Source of the DNA: Macrostomum lignano
Taxonomy: Eukaryota
NCBI GenBank assembly: GCA_002269645.1
Contig: NIVC01000280.1
Span: forward strand, 248,001 to 312,000
Direction: 5' to 3'
DNA: 64,000 nt
Made by a program: the position numbers and the translations under genes. The notes beneath the pieces are model-generated. The model worked only from the letters and a program-made list of their open reading frames with translations, was not told where the DNA came from and made no database searches. Shown here in pieces: positions 36,701-48,900 of the stretch; the stretch's first letter is position 1; each line of letters starts with the position of its first letter.

Positions 36701-39345
36701 ACCGACCTCACTGAAGCACACAACAGACCTCACTGAAGCACACAACAGACCTCACTGAAGCACACAACAGACCTCACTGAAGCACACAACAGACCCACTG
36801 AAACACACAACCGACCTCACTGAAACACACAACAGACCTCACTGAAGCACACAACAGACCCACTGAAACACACAACCGACCTCACTGAAACACACAACAG
36901 ACCTCACTGAAGCACACAACAGACCCACTGAAACACACAACAGACCCCACTGAAACACACAACAGACCCCACTGAAACACCCAGCAAACACACAGCGGAC
37001 CTCCAGAACCCCATCACCGCAACCCACCCCTCGCCACCGCCCTCCCAGACGGCCTCCACAGTGCTGATGTCCGCCTGAGAGGCTTTGAGATCGCGAAGGC
37101 CGTAGGACAGCGCAGCGTCAGCGTCCAGGATGCGCTCGCCAGGCCGGCTGTGGCGCCAGTAGTCCAGGTGCTCCCTCTCCATGAACTGCATTCGCCGCTC
37201 GTGAAAGCTGACCCGGAATACGCTCTGAGGGATTGCCGCGTTATTGGCGAACCGCTCGCTCGCTTTCTCTAATCTCGGGAAATCTCCCTGTGCAGCAAGC
37301 AGCTTCGGTTGTTTCACCTCACTGTTCCACTCAGAAAGTCCCTGCATCACACTGAACTCGCACCAATCTTCACCTCACACCAATCTCGTATCAACCTCAC
37401 CTCCGTTTCACCTCAATATCATCTTCACCTCAGCTCCATTTCATCTTCATCTTATCTCAACCAAACCTCAACCTCATCTCGACGCCTTCTTCATCTTACC
37501 TAAACTACATCTCAATCTCTAATCTCTATTTCATCTCACATAAATCTATATCATGATCTATATCATAATTATCTAAATCATACATCACATGAATCTATAT
37601 TTCACCCCACATCAACATTATCTCAATCTCGTCTCAATCTTTTCTCAATCTCATCCCAATCTAATCTCAATCTTCTCTATCTTATCTATCTCATCTCAAT
37701 CTCATCTCAATCTCATCTCTAATTCATCCATTTCATCTCAATATCATATAAATCTAAGTATCTCTATCTTTATCTTAATCTTATCTCAATCTCATTTACT
37801 GCATATCAACCTCATCTTACGAGATCGTAATCTTATCTCTATCTGATCTAAATCTCACCCAACCTATTTCTCATCTTGATCTTAGCACAGTCGCATCTGA
37901 ATCTCGCTGTGAATCTCACAGCAATCTCAGTATGATATTGATCACAGGTGTCCCCAACTCTCAGTGCCAGCAGGGCCGGCAGCACACACAGGCCCAAGTT
38001 CCCAATTCACTCACCCGGAGCAGCCTGGGCTTCTCCTGCGGTAGCGCGCAGTACGTGAGCTTGACCTCGTAGGCCTGGCCTGCATTGAAGTGGCGCGCAG
38101 ACGGGAAACCAAAAAGTAAAAGTCAGCCAACTGTCACTCAGAGCGATCGCAATCTGCCCGCTTTAAAACCAATAATCAGTTTTCAATGGTTTAAAAGCGG
38201 CTCACTTTAGTGGCCCTGAAAATGGCAGTTGTTTGGAACTGGATAAAATCCCAATTCCGAATGCCGCATTGCTACGAAATCCCCAATTCTGAATGGCCGA
38301 AAAACGAATTCGGTTTGATTTTGATTTTCTAATCATCAGGCATGTACACTCCGTGCTTTGAGGGTTGGCCCTCTTTAGGCTGCACAAGCCCTGCACAAGC
38401 CCTAAATAAAAGTGCCCCCCCCCGAATGAGCTAAGTCCCGAATTCCATACAGTTCAAGTCCCGAATTCCAAACAGTCCAAGTCCCGAAATCTAAACAGTC
38501 CCAAGTCCCGAGATCTAAACAGTCCAAGTCCCGAAATCTAAACAGTCCAAGTCCAGAGATCTAAACAGTCCAAGTCCAGAGATCTAAACAGTCCAAGTCC
38601 AGAGATCTAAACAATCCAAGTCCCGAAATCTAAACAGTCCAAGTCCCGAAATCTAAACAGTCCCAAGTCCCGAATTCTAAACATTCCAAGTCCCGAATTC
38701 TAAACAGTCCAAGTCCCGAATTCTAAACAGTCCCAAGTCCCGAAATCTATACAGTCCAAGTTCCGAATCGAGAACAGTCCAGGTCCCGAAATCTAAACAG
38801 TCCAAGTCCCGAATTCTAAACAGTCCAAGTCCCGAATTCTATACAGTCCAAGTCCCGAAATCTAAACAGTCCAAGTCCCGAATTCTATACAGTCCAAGTC
38901 CCAAAATCCAAACAGTCCAAGTCCCGAAATCCAAACAGCCCGAGTCCCAAACCCCGTCAAAGACACGGAAGCGAACCCGCGCCCACACCGGTCGCGCTCA
39001 CCCTGGTTCAAGTAGGTCAGCGGCTCCTCGTTAATCCGTACAGCGGGCGACGTGCCGGCAGACAGGGAGAACTTCAACCGCTCGCCTCCAGCCGGCGGAT
39101 CCCGACTGGCCGCTGCCGAGAGGTCGGCCTGCCCCAGAGAGCTGCCGCTCCAACAGGGAGTAGCTGGGCGAGCCGCTGGCAGCGCCAGTTGGCAGAGCTC
39201 TGCTGCCACAATCGGGAGAAGCCGGTCCGATGTTGAAGCTGGCGGAGGACAGGTCCAGGCTGCTGAACCCGGTCAGGGAGCAGTCGAGGTGGCTCGCCAA
39301 GCCCCGATCAACCAGCTCGTCTACGGGCCAACCGTTGGCATTCAT
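25834..39345 (-). CDS. TFCP2: CP2/LSF (TFCP2/UBP1/gemini-type) transcription factor with SAM domain; two apparent frame breaks
   Basis: Exons 39002-39345, 38015-38079, 37028-37224, 34570-34934, 33446-33888, 26361-26503, 25834-25986. Motifs [92 protein letters not shown]-terminal VYLSQLT...[14 protein letters not shown]. Confidence 0.9.
26050..26245. repeat. 20-bp repeat GATAAGTAGATTGGCAGTTG
   Basis: Direct tandem copies. Confidence 0.9.
27036..27321 (+). repeat. Copia 5' LTR
   Basis: Differs from the 3' LTR at only two positions by eye (TACA/TGCA, CCGA/CTGA). Confidence 0.95.
27322..27335 (+). other. Primer-binding site complementary to the anticodon region of initiator tRNA-Met (half-tRNA priming)
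   Basis: GGTTATGGGCCCAG is the reverse complement of CTGGGCCCATAACC in eukaryotic tRNAiMet, as in Drosophila copia. Confidence 0.85.
27437..31394 (+). CDS. Copia gag-pol polyprotein in three pieces (single-base breaks near 27630 and 30440)
   Basis: Gag [15 protein letters not shown], zinc knuckle [14 protein letters not shown], protease [19 protein letters not shown], integrase HSDICGP...RTDGGGEY...[23 protein letters not shown] and YVDD, RNase H YSDADWA...EAEY...EDNQ...ADILTK. Confidence 0.92.
31520..31805 (+). repeat. Copia 3' LTR
   Basis: Directly follows the polypurine tract; ends CAACA and is followed by the GTGTG TSD. Confidence 0.95.
32573..33434. repeat. 15-bp repeat GGCGGAGGGGAGTCA
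   Basis: Direct tandem copies up to the donor of exon 33446. Confidence 0.95.
33912..34548. repeat. 19-21-bp repeat GG(T/C)AGATTGG(T/C)AGTT(T)GATG
   Basis: Two related sub-arrays. Confidence 0.93.
35140..36975. repeat. Two adjacent related arrays: 21-bp GACTGGACCCCTGAAACACAC and 21/22-bp AACAGACCCCACTGAAACACAC
   Basis: 35140-35470 and 35555-36975. Confidence 0.93.
37400..37925. repeat. Degenerate low-complexity (ATCTC/A)-rich tract
   Basis: Many ATCTCA/ATCTTA motifs with no clean period. Confidence 0.6.
38450..38945. repeat. 21/22-bp repeat AAACAGTCCAAGTCCCGAAATCT
   Basis: Direct tandem copies. Confidence 0.9.
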
Positions 39346-42324
39346 TGCTTGAGCCAATTCAAAACAATCTTTGTCAATTATTGTAGAAAGTCCCGTCTGC
39401 CTCCGACTCTGTGCAGCAAGAGAACCAAGCGAGCAAGTCGCGGTGCAGAGCAAATCTGAATTGAGGAAAAATCGCGTCTTAAAACGGGGCTGGCGCTTTC
39501 TGGCGCAGCGCTGCGCACTTAAATACTGGCAGCGGCCTTATCTGGCTTATCTGGCAATCCTTATCAGCTAATGCTGATTGAATTTAGCAACAACACGAGC
39601 TGAGCTCTGGCACCGCAGTGTGGGCTAAGATTCAGTTTTCCTACAAGACTGTTTTTTAACTAAATGGCCGGCAGATAACATCAACTGACAACTAAAGCGC
39701 TGGAATTCCATGTTACTCCCTCCCCTCTCTAACTCTCCCCAATGTTCAAGTTACGAAAAAATTCTTTAAAAACATGAACTGAGGTTAAAAAAGCATTTTT
39801 AAGAACAAATGTTTAGGACGACTTAAGAGCAGATACTCGCCAATATTGGGACAAATTTCTAGAAGTCTGCCTTGACTCAATGCATCTACGAGTATGTGGA
39901 CTGCGAGATCAAAGATCCCTTAGGAGAATAGGACCGCCTAAAGTGGCATGTAGGAGTAGAAAGTGAAGTTTACTTCCTGTTTAAGTGCAGTTGCAACTTT
40001 CACAGTGCTGCCCATGACAAATTTGAACTAGAAAACTCAGAATTCAGAATTTTACTAAAAACCTTACTGCAGAGGATAAGTATTTTACCTGAGCCCTGAG
40101 CCCTCAAGATTTAAACTCCCATTATGTTGTTGAAAAAACATTTTTATTCACTATCTCTTTGTATTCACTTTTTTGCTATATTAATTAGTTTGCCTCAAAT
40201 AATATCATGAAAGTCAATACCCTCAGCATATAATAATAATGTTCACTAGGTTCCTTGTGCCATAGGTTTTTTGAAACATTGGATATAGAAATAATTATGC
40301 ATAAATTATCACCCAATTATCATAGGTCTAAAAGGATAACAAAGGGTGCTCTATAAATTACTGAGAAGTTTTATGAAATATTGATTTGTTTTTTACTTGA
40401 GCTATTCAAATAAATATTTTAATGACAAAAATGAACATAAATTGCCAAGTTGCTTTCTATTAAAAAAATTGATTTTTTCTACCTTTATGAGAAACAAAGC
40501 AGCAACCACAAGAGCTCCAAATATATTAATTGATTTTAGCTTTTTCAATATTTGCAAAAGTTTTAAGTATATTTTATAGTGAATTCATAGTCAATTATAG
40601 TCATTATAGAACTATTATTAATATTATATCAAGATAAATAGCCTAAATACTCATATATTCAAAGAAACATAATTTGAATAGGACTAAAAACTTATATTAA
40701 ATGCTATAAATTGAATTTTATAAACTTTCATTGATTTGATTGATCTTATATACATCATTTATCTTTTAACTAGGTCTAAGCAACTTTTCTATGATTCTAT
40801 ACTTTTAATAACTATAAGAAATAAAGTTAAAGCATTTAAAATATCATCATCACAAAAGTAATAACATTATAATTATAAATATATTTATAGTTTAATATTG
40901 ATTAATACTGATTACAAACTTAAATTAAATATAAAATTTATTAGGCATTGAATTGTAGAAATTTAAACTATTTCTAATATAATTATTATAATATATAACT
41001 ACTTATAAAATTCACAGTTATGTGGATGTCCCAATTTAGATATTTAAACAAATATTTGAAAGGGACCACTTATAAATTCTAAAAAAATATCTAATATATA
41101 GACAATTATTAATGCTTATTATTGCTTAATGCTGAATGCTTTTTTAGACTAATGATTTAGACTAATATATATAACCTCCTAAATTTAATTGGTTAGTATA
41201 CCAGTTTTCTTTAAAAGTGCAATATATTTATATCTATATAAGGAGTTTTTTGCAACATGGCTTTATTCTCACTATAGAGTATAGTATAGTTATGTAAAAA
41301 GCCTTTTTTCAATAACTTCCCTTGTATTTTTTGTATTTTTTTGTTTTGTTTATTCAGTTTTTTACTTTTTTGTTTTTCACTTCATTCCTTTCGCTTTATA
41401 ACTTTTTAAGGCTTGATTCATTGATTGGTATTGCAATAAATTTGCCTTGAATAGTGTGACAATAATCCCATATAATACTAGGATGGGGCTAGTAAAAACT
41501 GACCTTTATTTAGTATCTTTACCATTTGATTTAGTCAATAAAAGGAAAGCCCAAATATTAACAAAAATTCCAGATCTCTGTATTATTGTCCTTAGATTAT
41601 TCAATATTTCCATTGAAATATTCCAAGATTATTCCAAGATTTTCCTGACTATATATATTGTAACCCTATATGTTGAGTATTTACTATTTTTAATAAAAAC
41701 AGTTTTAGTAGCAAATAATTAAAGTATTCTAAAAGTTAGCACAAAAACTTTGAACTAATAGAAATTTGTCCTTTTTATGAAATAAGCACTAGCTTATATT
41801 TATAATTATAAAATATAAGCCCTACATACATTAGCCAGGCCATCGGCCATGGCCTGGCCTAGAGTAGAGGTTTATTTCAGAAGAATTGAAGCTGTTTTGT
41901 TTAAATTAGTTAAATTAGAAAGCCATACCAAGTGAAAATATTTCATTATTTTTTAATGGTTTTCTAAATCCTATCCTGCTAGCATAGAGTGGACTTATTA
42001 GTTTTTTCTGGTTTTACATCTTTTTTCGAAAAAAATCTGTGAGTTCTTGGAAAAAGGGTGAATTTAAAATGTTACCATTTCTAATAAATAACTTGTTTCT
42101 TTAAAAAATATCTCTAGCGAACATTTATAAAAACTATTTAAGCATAGTAAAATAGCATTTGCTGCATTATCCAAAATTATTCTTTCAGCTTAGCATTGCT
42201 TTGTTAAAATTATTACTTTGCCTAGTTACAAGAATCATTTGAATTCGAAATGCACGAAAATAATTTATCGTTGACCCCAGAAAAGAATCTCTTCGATGCC
42301 GTATTTGCGAGTTATGCTATAAAC

Positions 42325-44495
42325 ATGCCAGCAACAAATCTGAGCAGGGACGTAGTTAAGTGGCTTCAGAGTTTAGACTTGTCGTGGCAAGTTAAGAATC
42401 CTAAATGGTACGTTCTTTTAGTCATGTTTGTTGTCTGTTTCGTTTCGTGGTAATCTTTAAAGAAAGTTTTTACGCATTTACTTTTACACCGGACATCTTT
42501 TGATTTGTTTCAGGGATTTTTCGAACGGCTACCTCGTGGCTGAAATACTGTACTGGTATTTCTCAAGCGAAATAACAATGCATTCATTTTATAATGGAAA
42601 GTCAATTGAAACGAAACTAAAAAACTGGCACTTACTGAAAGAGTGCTTCAAAAGGCACGAATTCAACATTCCTGAAGAAATAATCGAGGGAACGATTCAC
42701 TGCAAGGAGGATGCCGCAGTTGCTTTGGTTAATCAGTTGTACGAAACTCTGACTCGCAGAAGGTAGTACAGCAGGCTTTAATACACTGAAATAACGATTT
42801 TGGTTTTACAATAACTTGCATGTACGTAATGTAAAAATTCCTTCTGCAGTCCGCAGACTTTTGGCAAGCCCACTTTCGACGACTCTCGCTACCAGCAAAC
42901 ACTAGAGCCCATTGCCAGGTCGAACGCCGTGAAGGCGTTGAAGAACAACATCAGCGTTACCGAGCTCAAAGTACAGCAGGATATTCTGACGAACCAACAG
43001 AAGGTAAATCGTAGAAAGGCGATTTCATAAGCCAACCGCGTTTCAGCGCTAAGTTCGAGGGATCTTCTCTACTTCGGCTGCGGGTCAACTGTCGCCTTTA
43101 TTTGGCGGTAGCGCCCGAAGCCCGTGTAAACTAGACTAGACTTGGGGTACAGAATAGACTGGACCTAGAATATGATTCTCCATGGACAAGATCTAGAATA
43201 TGATTCTCCATGGACAAGACCTAGAATATGATTCTCCGTAGACTAAACCTATACGATTCTCCATAGACCAGAGCTATATGATTCTCCATAGACTAAACCT
43301 ATACGATTCTCCATAGACCAGAGCTATATGATTCTCCATAGACTAAACCTATACGATTCTCCATAGACCAGAGCTATATGATTCTCCATAGACCAGAGCT
43401 ATACGATTCTCCATAGACCAGAGCTATATGATTCTCCATAGACCAGAGCTATACGATTCTCCATAGACCAGAGCTATACGATTCTCCATAGACCAGAGTT
43501 ACATGTATATGATTCTCCATAGACTAAACCTATATGATTCTCCATAGACTAAACCTATATGATTCTCCATAGACTAAACCTATATGATTCTGCATAGTCT
43601 AAACCTATATGATTCTCCATAGATCAGACCTAGAATGATTCTCCATAGACTAGACCTAGAATGGTTTTCCATAGACTAAACCTATATGATTCTCAATGGA
43701 CTAGACCTAGAATAGGATTCTTCATAGACTAAGACAATTCTCCATAAACTAAATGTACATGTAAAACAGAATCGAATAGGATTACACCTAGCGGCCATCG
43801 CACCTCAACCATTAAAAGTTCTGTATCCATGTCCAGTGACCTTATATTTGCCCCTTCCCCCAATCAAAATAAGCCGCAAAGCTCAAAAGACCGCTCAAAA
43901 CCCGCGCCAACGCCAACCCGCAGGCGCAGGCAATTCTGCACCAGCACGTGGAGAATCGGGCCAACGAGAGGCTGGAACAGCCGGGCCGGTTCAGCATCAA
44001 AATGAGCCCCGGCCAGCGCTGCCTGCGCAAGCACCCCGGCCCCAACTACCAGGAGGAGCCGGTTGCGGCAGCGGACCTCGGCGGATTCGTTCGAGCAGAC
44101 GAGAGCCGAGGTAACTGCGCACTGCACTGGCTCAGATAAAGGTTTTAGAGCAGATGAGCAACCCGCCCTCCCAGAACATGTCAATCAATTTGTGTGGTTA
44201 TGAAGAATTGCCAAATTTTGCTTTTCAAACCAACAACTGGGTACTGGCTGCCGAAATTTATCATGTGACACCGAAATGAATGTGTGCATGCTTAGGGTTC
44301 AGTGGGAGGGGCCTGACTGCTGGCTTTGTGCCCACAGCCCCCTGCAAACTGGCTAGCGAATCCAGCCCGACACTGATGAAGCTAATTAATCCCATTGCAG
44401 CTCCGGCCGCAGCGCAAGAGGTCCGTGGCGATTCGATGATCCGTGAGCTGCACGTGAGGCAGCAGCCAAAGTACGTGAACCCCGCCAACGCCTAG
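42325..44495 (+). CDS. SPATA4: SPATA4/SPEF1-family calponin-homology domain protein
   Basis: Five phase-consistent exons: 42325-42407, 42514-42762, 42850-43003, 43924-44110, 44401-44495. Motifs LSRDVVKWLQSLDLS, DFSNGYLVAEIL, IIEGTIHCK, KALKNNISVTEL match SPATA4 from memory. Confidence 0.8.
43165..43735. repeat. About 25-bp repeat ATA(T/C)GATTCTCCATAGAC(CAGAGCT/TAAACCT)
   Basis: Two unit variants in tandem in SPATA4 intron 3. Confidence 0.9.
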
Positions 44496-44864
44496 CCTAG
44501 AGATTCGCTAAGTTACTCTTTATTAACATGCAGGCTATGTACCAACAGAGACATGTCCTAAACTCTCTTTGACAAAGCTTATGACTCAAAATTTAAATCT
44601 TAATTTGCTACAAAGCCTATCTGTAAGTTGTAACCCTGATGCCACAGATTGTCGTGTTGCTTTTGTGTGAATAGAATTATGACTTCAAATACTCGAAATA
44701 AACTTGAGAAACCGCAACCGAAAAAGGATTCACTCTTTTACACTACACATGGAATCGTTTCCTTTTGTTGCGTTCAATACTAACCCCTTCAAAGCAGCGT
44801 GTACACTCTTATACTCATCGCGAGTCCTCAGCTATGAGGTCTCTGGGTGGCCGCGAGTTCGGTT

Positions 44865-45650
44865 CCAGTCCGAGAATCTGGGAGTCCCTGTAAGATTTTC
44901 GGGATGGGCACAGTACTGTTTCCAGTCCAAGAATCTGGGAGTCCTCGATAAGAGTCCCCGGATAGACACAGGACTGTTTCCAGTCCAAGAATCTGGAAGT
45001 CCCTGTAAGATTTTCAGGATGGGCACAGGACTGTTTCCAGTCCAAGAATCTGGGAGTCCCTGTAAGATTTTCGGGATGGGCACAGTACTGTTTCCAGTCC
45101 AAGAATCTGGGAGTCCTCGATAAGAGTCCCCGGATAGACACAGGACTGTTTCCAGTCCAAGAATCTGGAAGTCCCTGTAAGATTTTCGGGATGGGCACAG
45201 TACTGTTTCCAGTCCAAGAATCTGGAAGTCCCTGTAAGATTTTCGGGATGGGCACAGTACTGTTTCCAGTACAAGAATCTGGGAGTCCTCGATAAGAGTC
45301 ACCGGATAGGCACAGTACTGTTTCCAGTCCAAGAATCTGGGAGTCCTCGGTAAGAGTCCCCGGATAGACACAGGACTGTTTCCAGTCCAAGAATCTGGGA
45401 GTCCTCGATAAGAGTCCCCGGATAGGCACAGTACTGTTTCCAGTCCAAGAATCTGGAAGTCCTCGATAAGAGTCCCCGGATAGGCACAGTACTGTTTCCA
45501 GTCCAAGAATCTGGGAGTCCTCGGTAAGAGTCCCCGGATAGACACAGGACTGTTTCTAGTCCAAAAAATCTGGAAGTCCCTGTAAGATTTTCGGAATGGG
45601 CACAGTACTGTCTCCAGTCCAAGAATCTGGGAGTCCCCGGTAAGATTTTC
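44865..45650. repeat. 57/58-bp two-variant satellite between the SPATA4 and VPS52 3' ends
   Basis: Shared core CACAG(T/G)ACTGTTTCCAGTCCAAGAATCTGG(G/A)AGTCC plus one of two linkers. Confidence 0.9.
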
Positions 45651-45944
45651 GGATCGACACTGCAGCTCTTTTTTCAGTCCAGAGTTATTCAGAGGTCCGT
45701 GCACCGCGCCAGTTAAAAGCATTATTAAACCCGTATATATTGAACCGGTGGAACCCAGTACACCAGAAATTGATCAGCTCAAAAATCGGTGCAAAACATT
45801 TTAATAAAATCATAATTTTCAATCTCATATTTCATATGGCTATATATATTAATGAGGCTAACCAGAGAAGCGGAATGCGCTGGAGTCATGAATCAAATTG
45901 AGAACAATAACAAAAACACAGCAGTCCAGTCAGGCACAATCAGA

Positions 45945-48900
45945 CTAGAAAGTCGGTTTCAGCTTCTTCACCTCCACCATGATGTTGTGAATGTTGATGA
46001 GCTCGTTACGGCAGGCCATGGACCGGAACGGAGGCTGGGCCATGAGCTTGCCAAGGCGGGTGTAGTACTGCACCAGCTGGCTGAGTGCGGTCTGGCAACA
46101 GCGAGTTGGAAGGGGGGAGATGAGATCAGCCGTGTTAGGCTGCGGATTCATTACAACAATTTCCAAGCGCCCCAACTGAGCATTTCGAAATGGGTCGATT
46201 TCACGGGCGCAAAATTTTCAAATTGTCGAAGAAAGTGAGCTTTATTAAGCTCGAAACTTCTCAAGCTCGAAACTTCACAAGCTCGAAGCTTCTCAAGCTC
46301 GAACCTTCACAAGCTCGAAGCTTCTCAAGCTCGAAGCTTCACAAGCTCGAAGCTTCACAAGCTCGAAACTTCTCAAGCTCGAAACTTCACAAGCTCGAAA
46401 CTTCTCAAGCTCGAAACTTCACAAGCTCGAAACTTCACAAGCTCGAAACTTCACAAGCTCGAAGCTTCTCAAGTTCGAACCTTCACAAGCTCGAAGCTTC
46501 ACAAGCTCGAAACTTCTCAAGCTCGAAATTCCATAAGCTCAAAACTTCACAAGCTCGAAACACCAGAAAGTCGAAACTCCATAAGCTGGAAACTTCATAG
46601 GCTCAAAACTGACTAGCATGTGAAATTTCGAGCTGATAAAACTGCTGCCCCCCCACCCTTGAGATGCAGGGGTGCCTAAGTTGGAGGTCCGGCACATGGC
46701 TGGCAGAAAGCGGAAGGACATTGGAGCACCAGAAGTAACTTCTTTTTACACGTGACGCACCAAAACAACAGTAGTTGTTTTTTTGCTGATTCACACACTG
46801 GACAAGGGTAGATTTGTTCTTAACTTCAACAAACGCTTACCTGGAAGACCTCGGTGAAGTTCCTGAGGTTGGTGAAGGACGCCATGATCTGCTGGTTCAT
46901 CCGCTCGCTGTTTGCCTTCCAGTTGGCGTTGAAGTCGCGCACCACCTGAGCCACGCGGGCCTCGTCGGCCAGGTGGCCGGTTACGCCGCGCTCCAGGCCG
47001 CTCTCGGCGTCGCGGACGAAGTTGACGAGCAGGCCGAACTCCTGGCAGAGCAGCTCCTCAACGAACTCGGCCACCCGACGGGCCAGCGGCTCGCGGAAGC
47101 CGAGCCAGCCGGCCAGGGCGGCCTCGTCCGGCAGGGCCTCGGACAGCACGGTCAGGGGGATGTCGTAGTTGTTGATCAGGCAGATCAGGCGCTCCCGCGA
47201 GTGCGGGAACTCCCTGGCCAGACGCTGCAGGAAGGCGTCGACAGCGTCGCGTAGTTCGCCGAGCAGCGGTCGAAGCCGGGAGGCCTCCTCGCCGCTGGCC
47301 AGGACAGGTGGAGCGGCGGCGGGGGCGGCTGCGGAGGCGGCGGCGGGGGCAGCGCCGGCGGCTCCGCTGCCCAGGTCGGTGACGCTGAGCAGGGCGCAGA
47401 CGAATTCTGCGTAGCGGCGCAGCACGGGGTGCGGCCGGGTGTCCAGGTGGCTGAACTTGGACGGATCGCTGCGGGCCACGCTGAGGGTGTGGCTCTGCAC
47501 CAGCTGGGTGAACCTGGGCCATATCAGGTCCGACATCAGAGTCCAGTAGCTGGGCAGGAGTGGAGGTGGTATATGCTTGAAAGGCTCATTCAGGATTCAC
47601 TAAGGGCGGCCGTAGCCCGGTGGTCTGGCGCGGCGCTCTGAAGTGCCAGCGGCCCAGACTCGATTCTACATGCAGTCAAATCAATTTGGAGCTAAATTGG
47701 AATCTCGGCTTGGCTCTGCTCGTGCAATTAATGGCCTTGAGGGCCAACTACCAAGGCACAGTGAAGTGTACATGCCTAACGATAAATAAAGTTATAGAGC
47801 CGCTGTTCACTCCTGCGGAATGGGCAGTAATGCCTCTCGCCGGGTTGTGTAGGGCTCACTATGCATGAGGTCACTCCAGAGCTTCAAAGAGGTAATTCTG
47901 GGTTCACAAAATCAATCGAGAAATGATTGCAGCCCACCTGTCCAGCGCGGGCACCTGCCGCCGGTGCATGATGGCTTTGAACTTAGCCACCACCTGGATG
48001 CACAGGTACAGAGCGATAGCGTCGTGACAGTCGGAGAAGTAGGCCTCCAGGGCCTTGTGAAACAGGCTGAGGGTCTTGCCCATGACCAGGTTGAACATGT
48101 TGAGCGCCTGGTTGCCGGACAGCACGAAGAAGTCGCAGAGGAAGAGGTACTCGCGACAGCTGTTGTCTAGCAGGGCGTAGTGCAGCGAGCGAAACAGCGA
48201 CTCGAATGTGAACTTCTGGTCCGAGGCCTGCGAAAGAGATAGCGGTGCGCGGTAGTCTACTTCAAGTAGAATAGATGGGGTAACAGTTGCTCATTTTGAC
48301 CATGCGCCGATTAATATACCCTATAGGTAAGAGAGTAGGAACGAAAGCATGAGATTGCTTGCTACAATTTGATAGATTGATCAGCAGATTAAAGTCTATT
48401 ATCAGCATATTGGCAAGGTGGATGAAATAATTGACCGATATATAAGCAGATGGATGTGCAGATTGGCAGAGATCGATAAGCGAATAGGCAGATTGGCAGA
48501 TAGATGAGCAAATTGCCAGATAGATGAAAAGAATGGCAAATAGATTAGCAGATTGGCAGATAGATAAGCAGATTGGCAAATAGATTAGCAGATTGGCAGA
48601 TAGATGAGCAGATTGGCAGATAGATGAGTGACTTGGCAGATAGATAAGCAGAATGGTAGATACATGAGCTAATTGGCAGATAGATGAGTAGAATGACAGC
48701 TAGATTAGCAGATCGGCGGATAAATGAGCAGCTTGGCAGATAGATGAGTGACTTGGCAGATAGATGAGTGACTTGGCAGATAGATGAGCAGATTAGCAGA
48801 TAGATGAGCAGATTAGCAGAGAGATGAGCAGATTGGCAGAGAGATGAGCAGATTGGCAGATAGATGAGCAGATTGGCAGATAGATGAGCAGATTGGCAGA

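Noticed and set aside
39600-42250. AT-rich interval between the divergent TFCP2 and SPATA4 starts as a hidden gene or transposon
   Set aside because: Only short AT-rich ORFs, with no termini, TSD or domain motifs that I could identify; a 9-bp-arm hairpin near 41834-41856 is too short to interpret.
42373-42375. Genome-wide reassignment of UUA to Ala, suggested by the odd tRNA
   Set aside because: TTA sits at the conserved Leu of the CH-domain motif SLDLS, and at a hydrophobic Met/Leu position in 14-3-3 (57329-57331), so UUA is still read mainly as Leu.
44865-45650. CRISPR-like repeat/spacer appearance (also the 81-bp array at 57747-58311)
   Set aside because: The 'spacers' are just two recurring variants or identical copies, there are no cas genes, and the context is eukaryotic.
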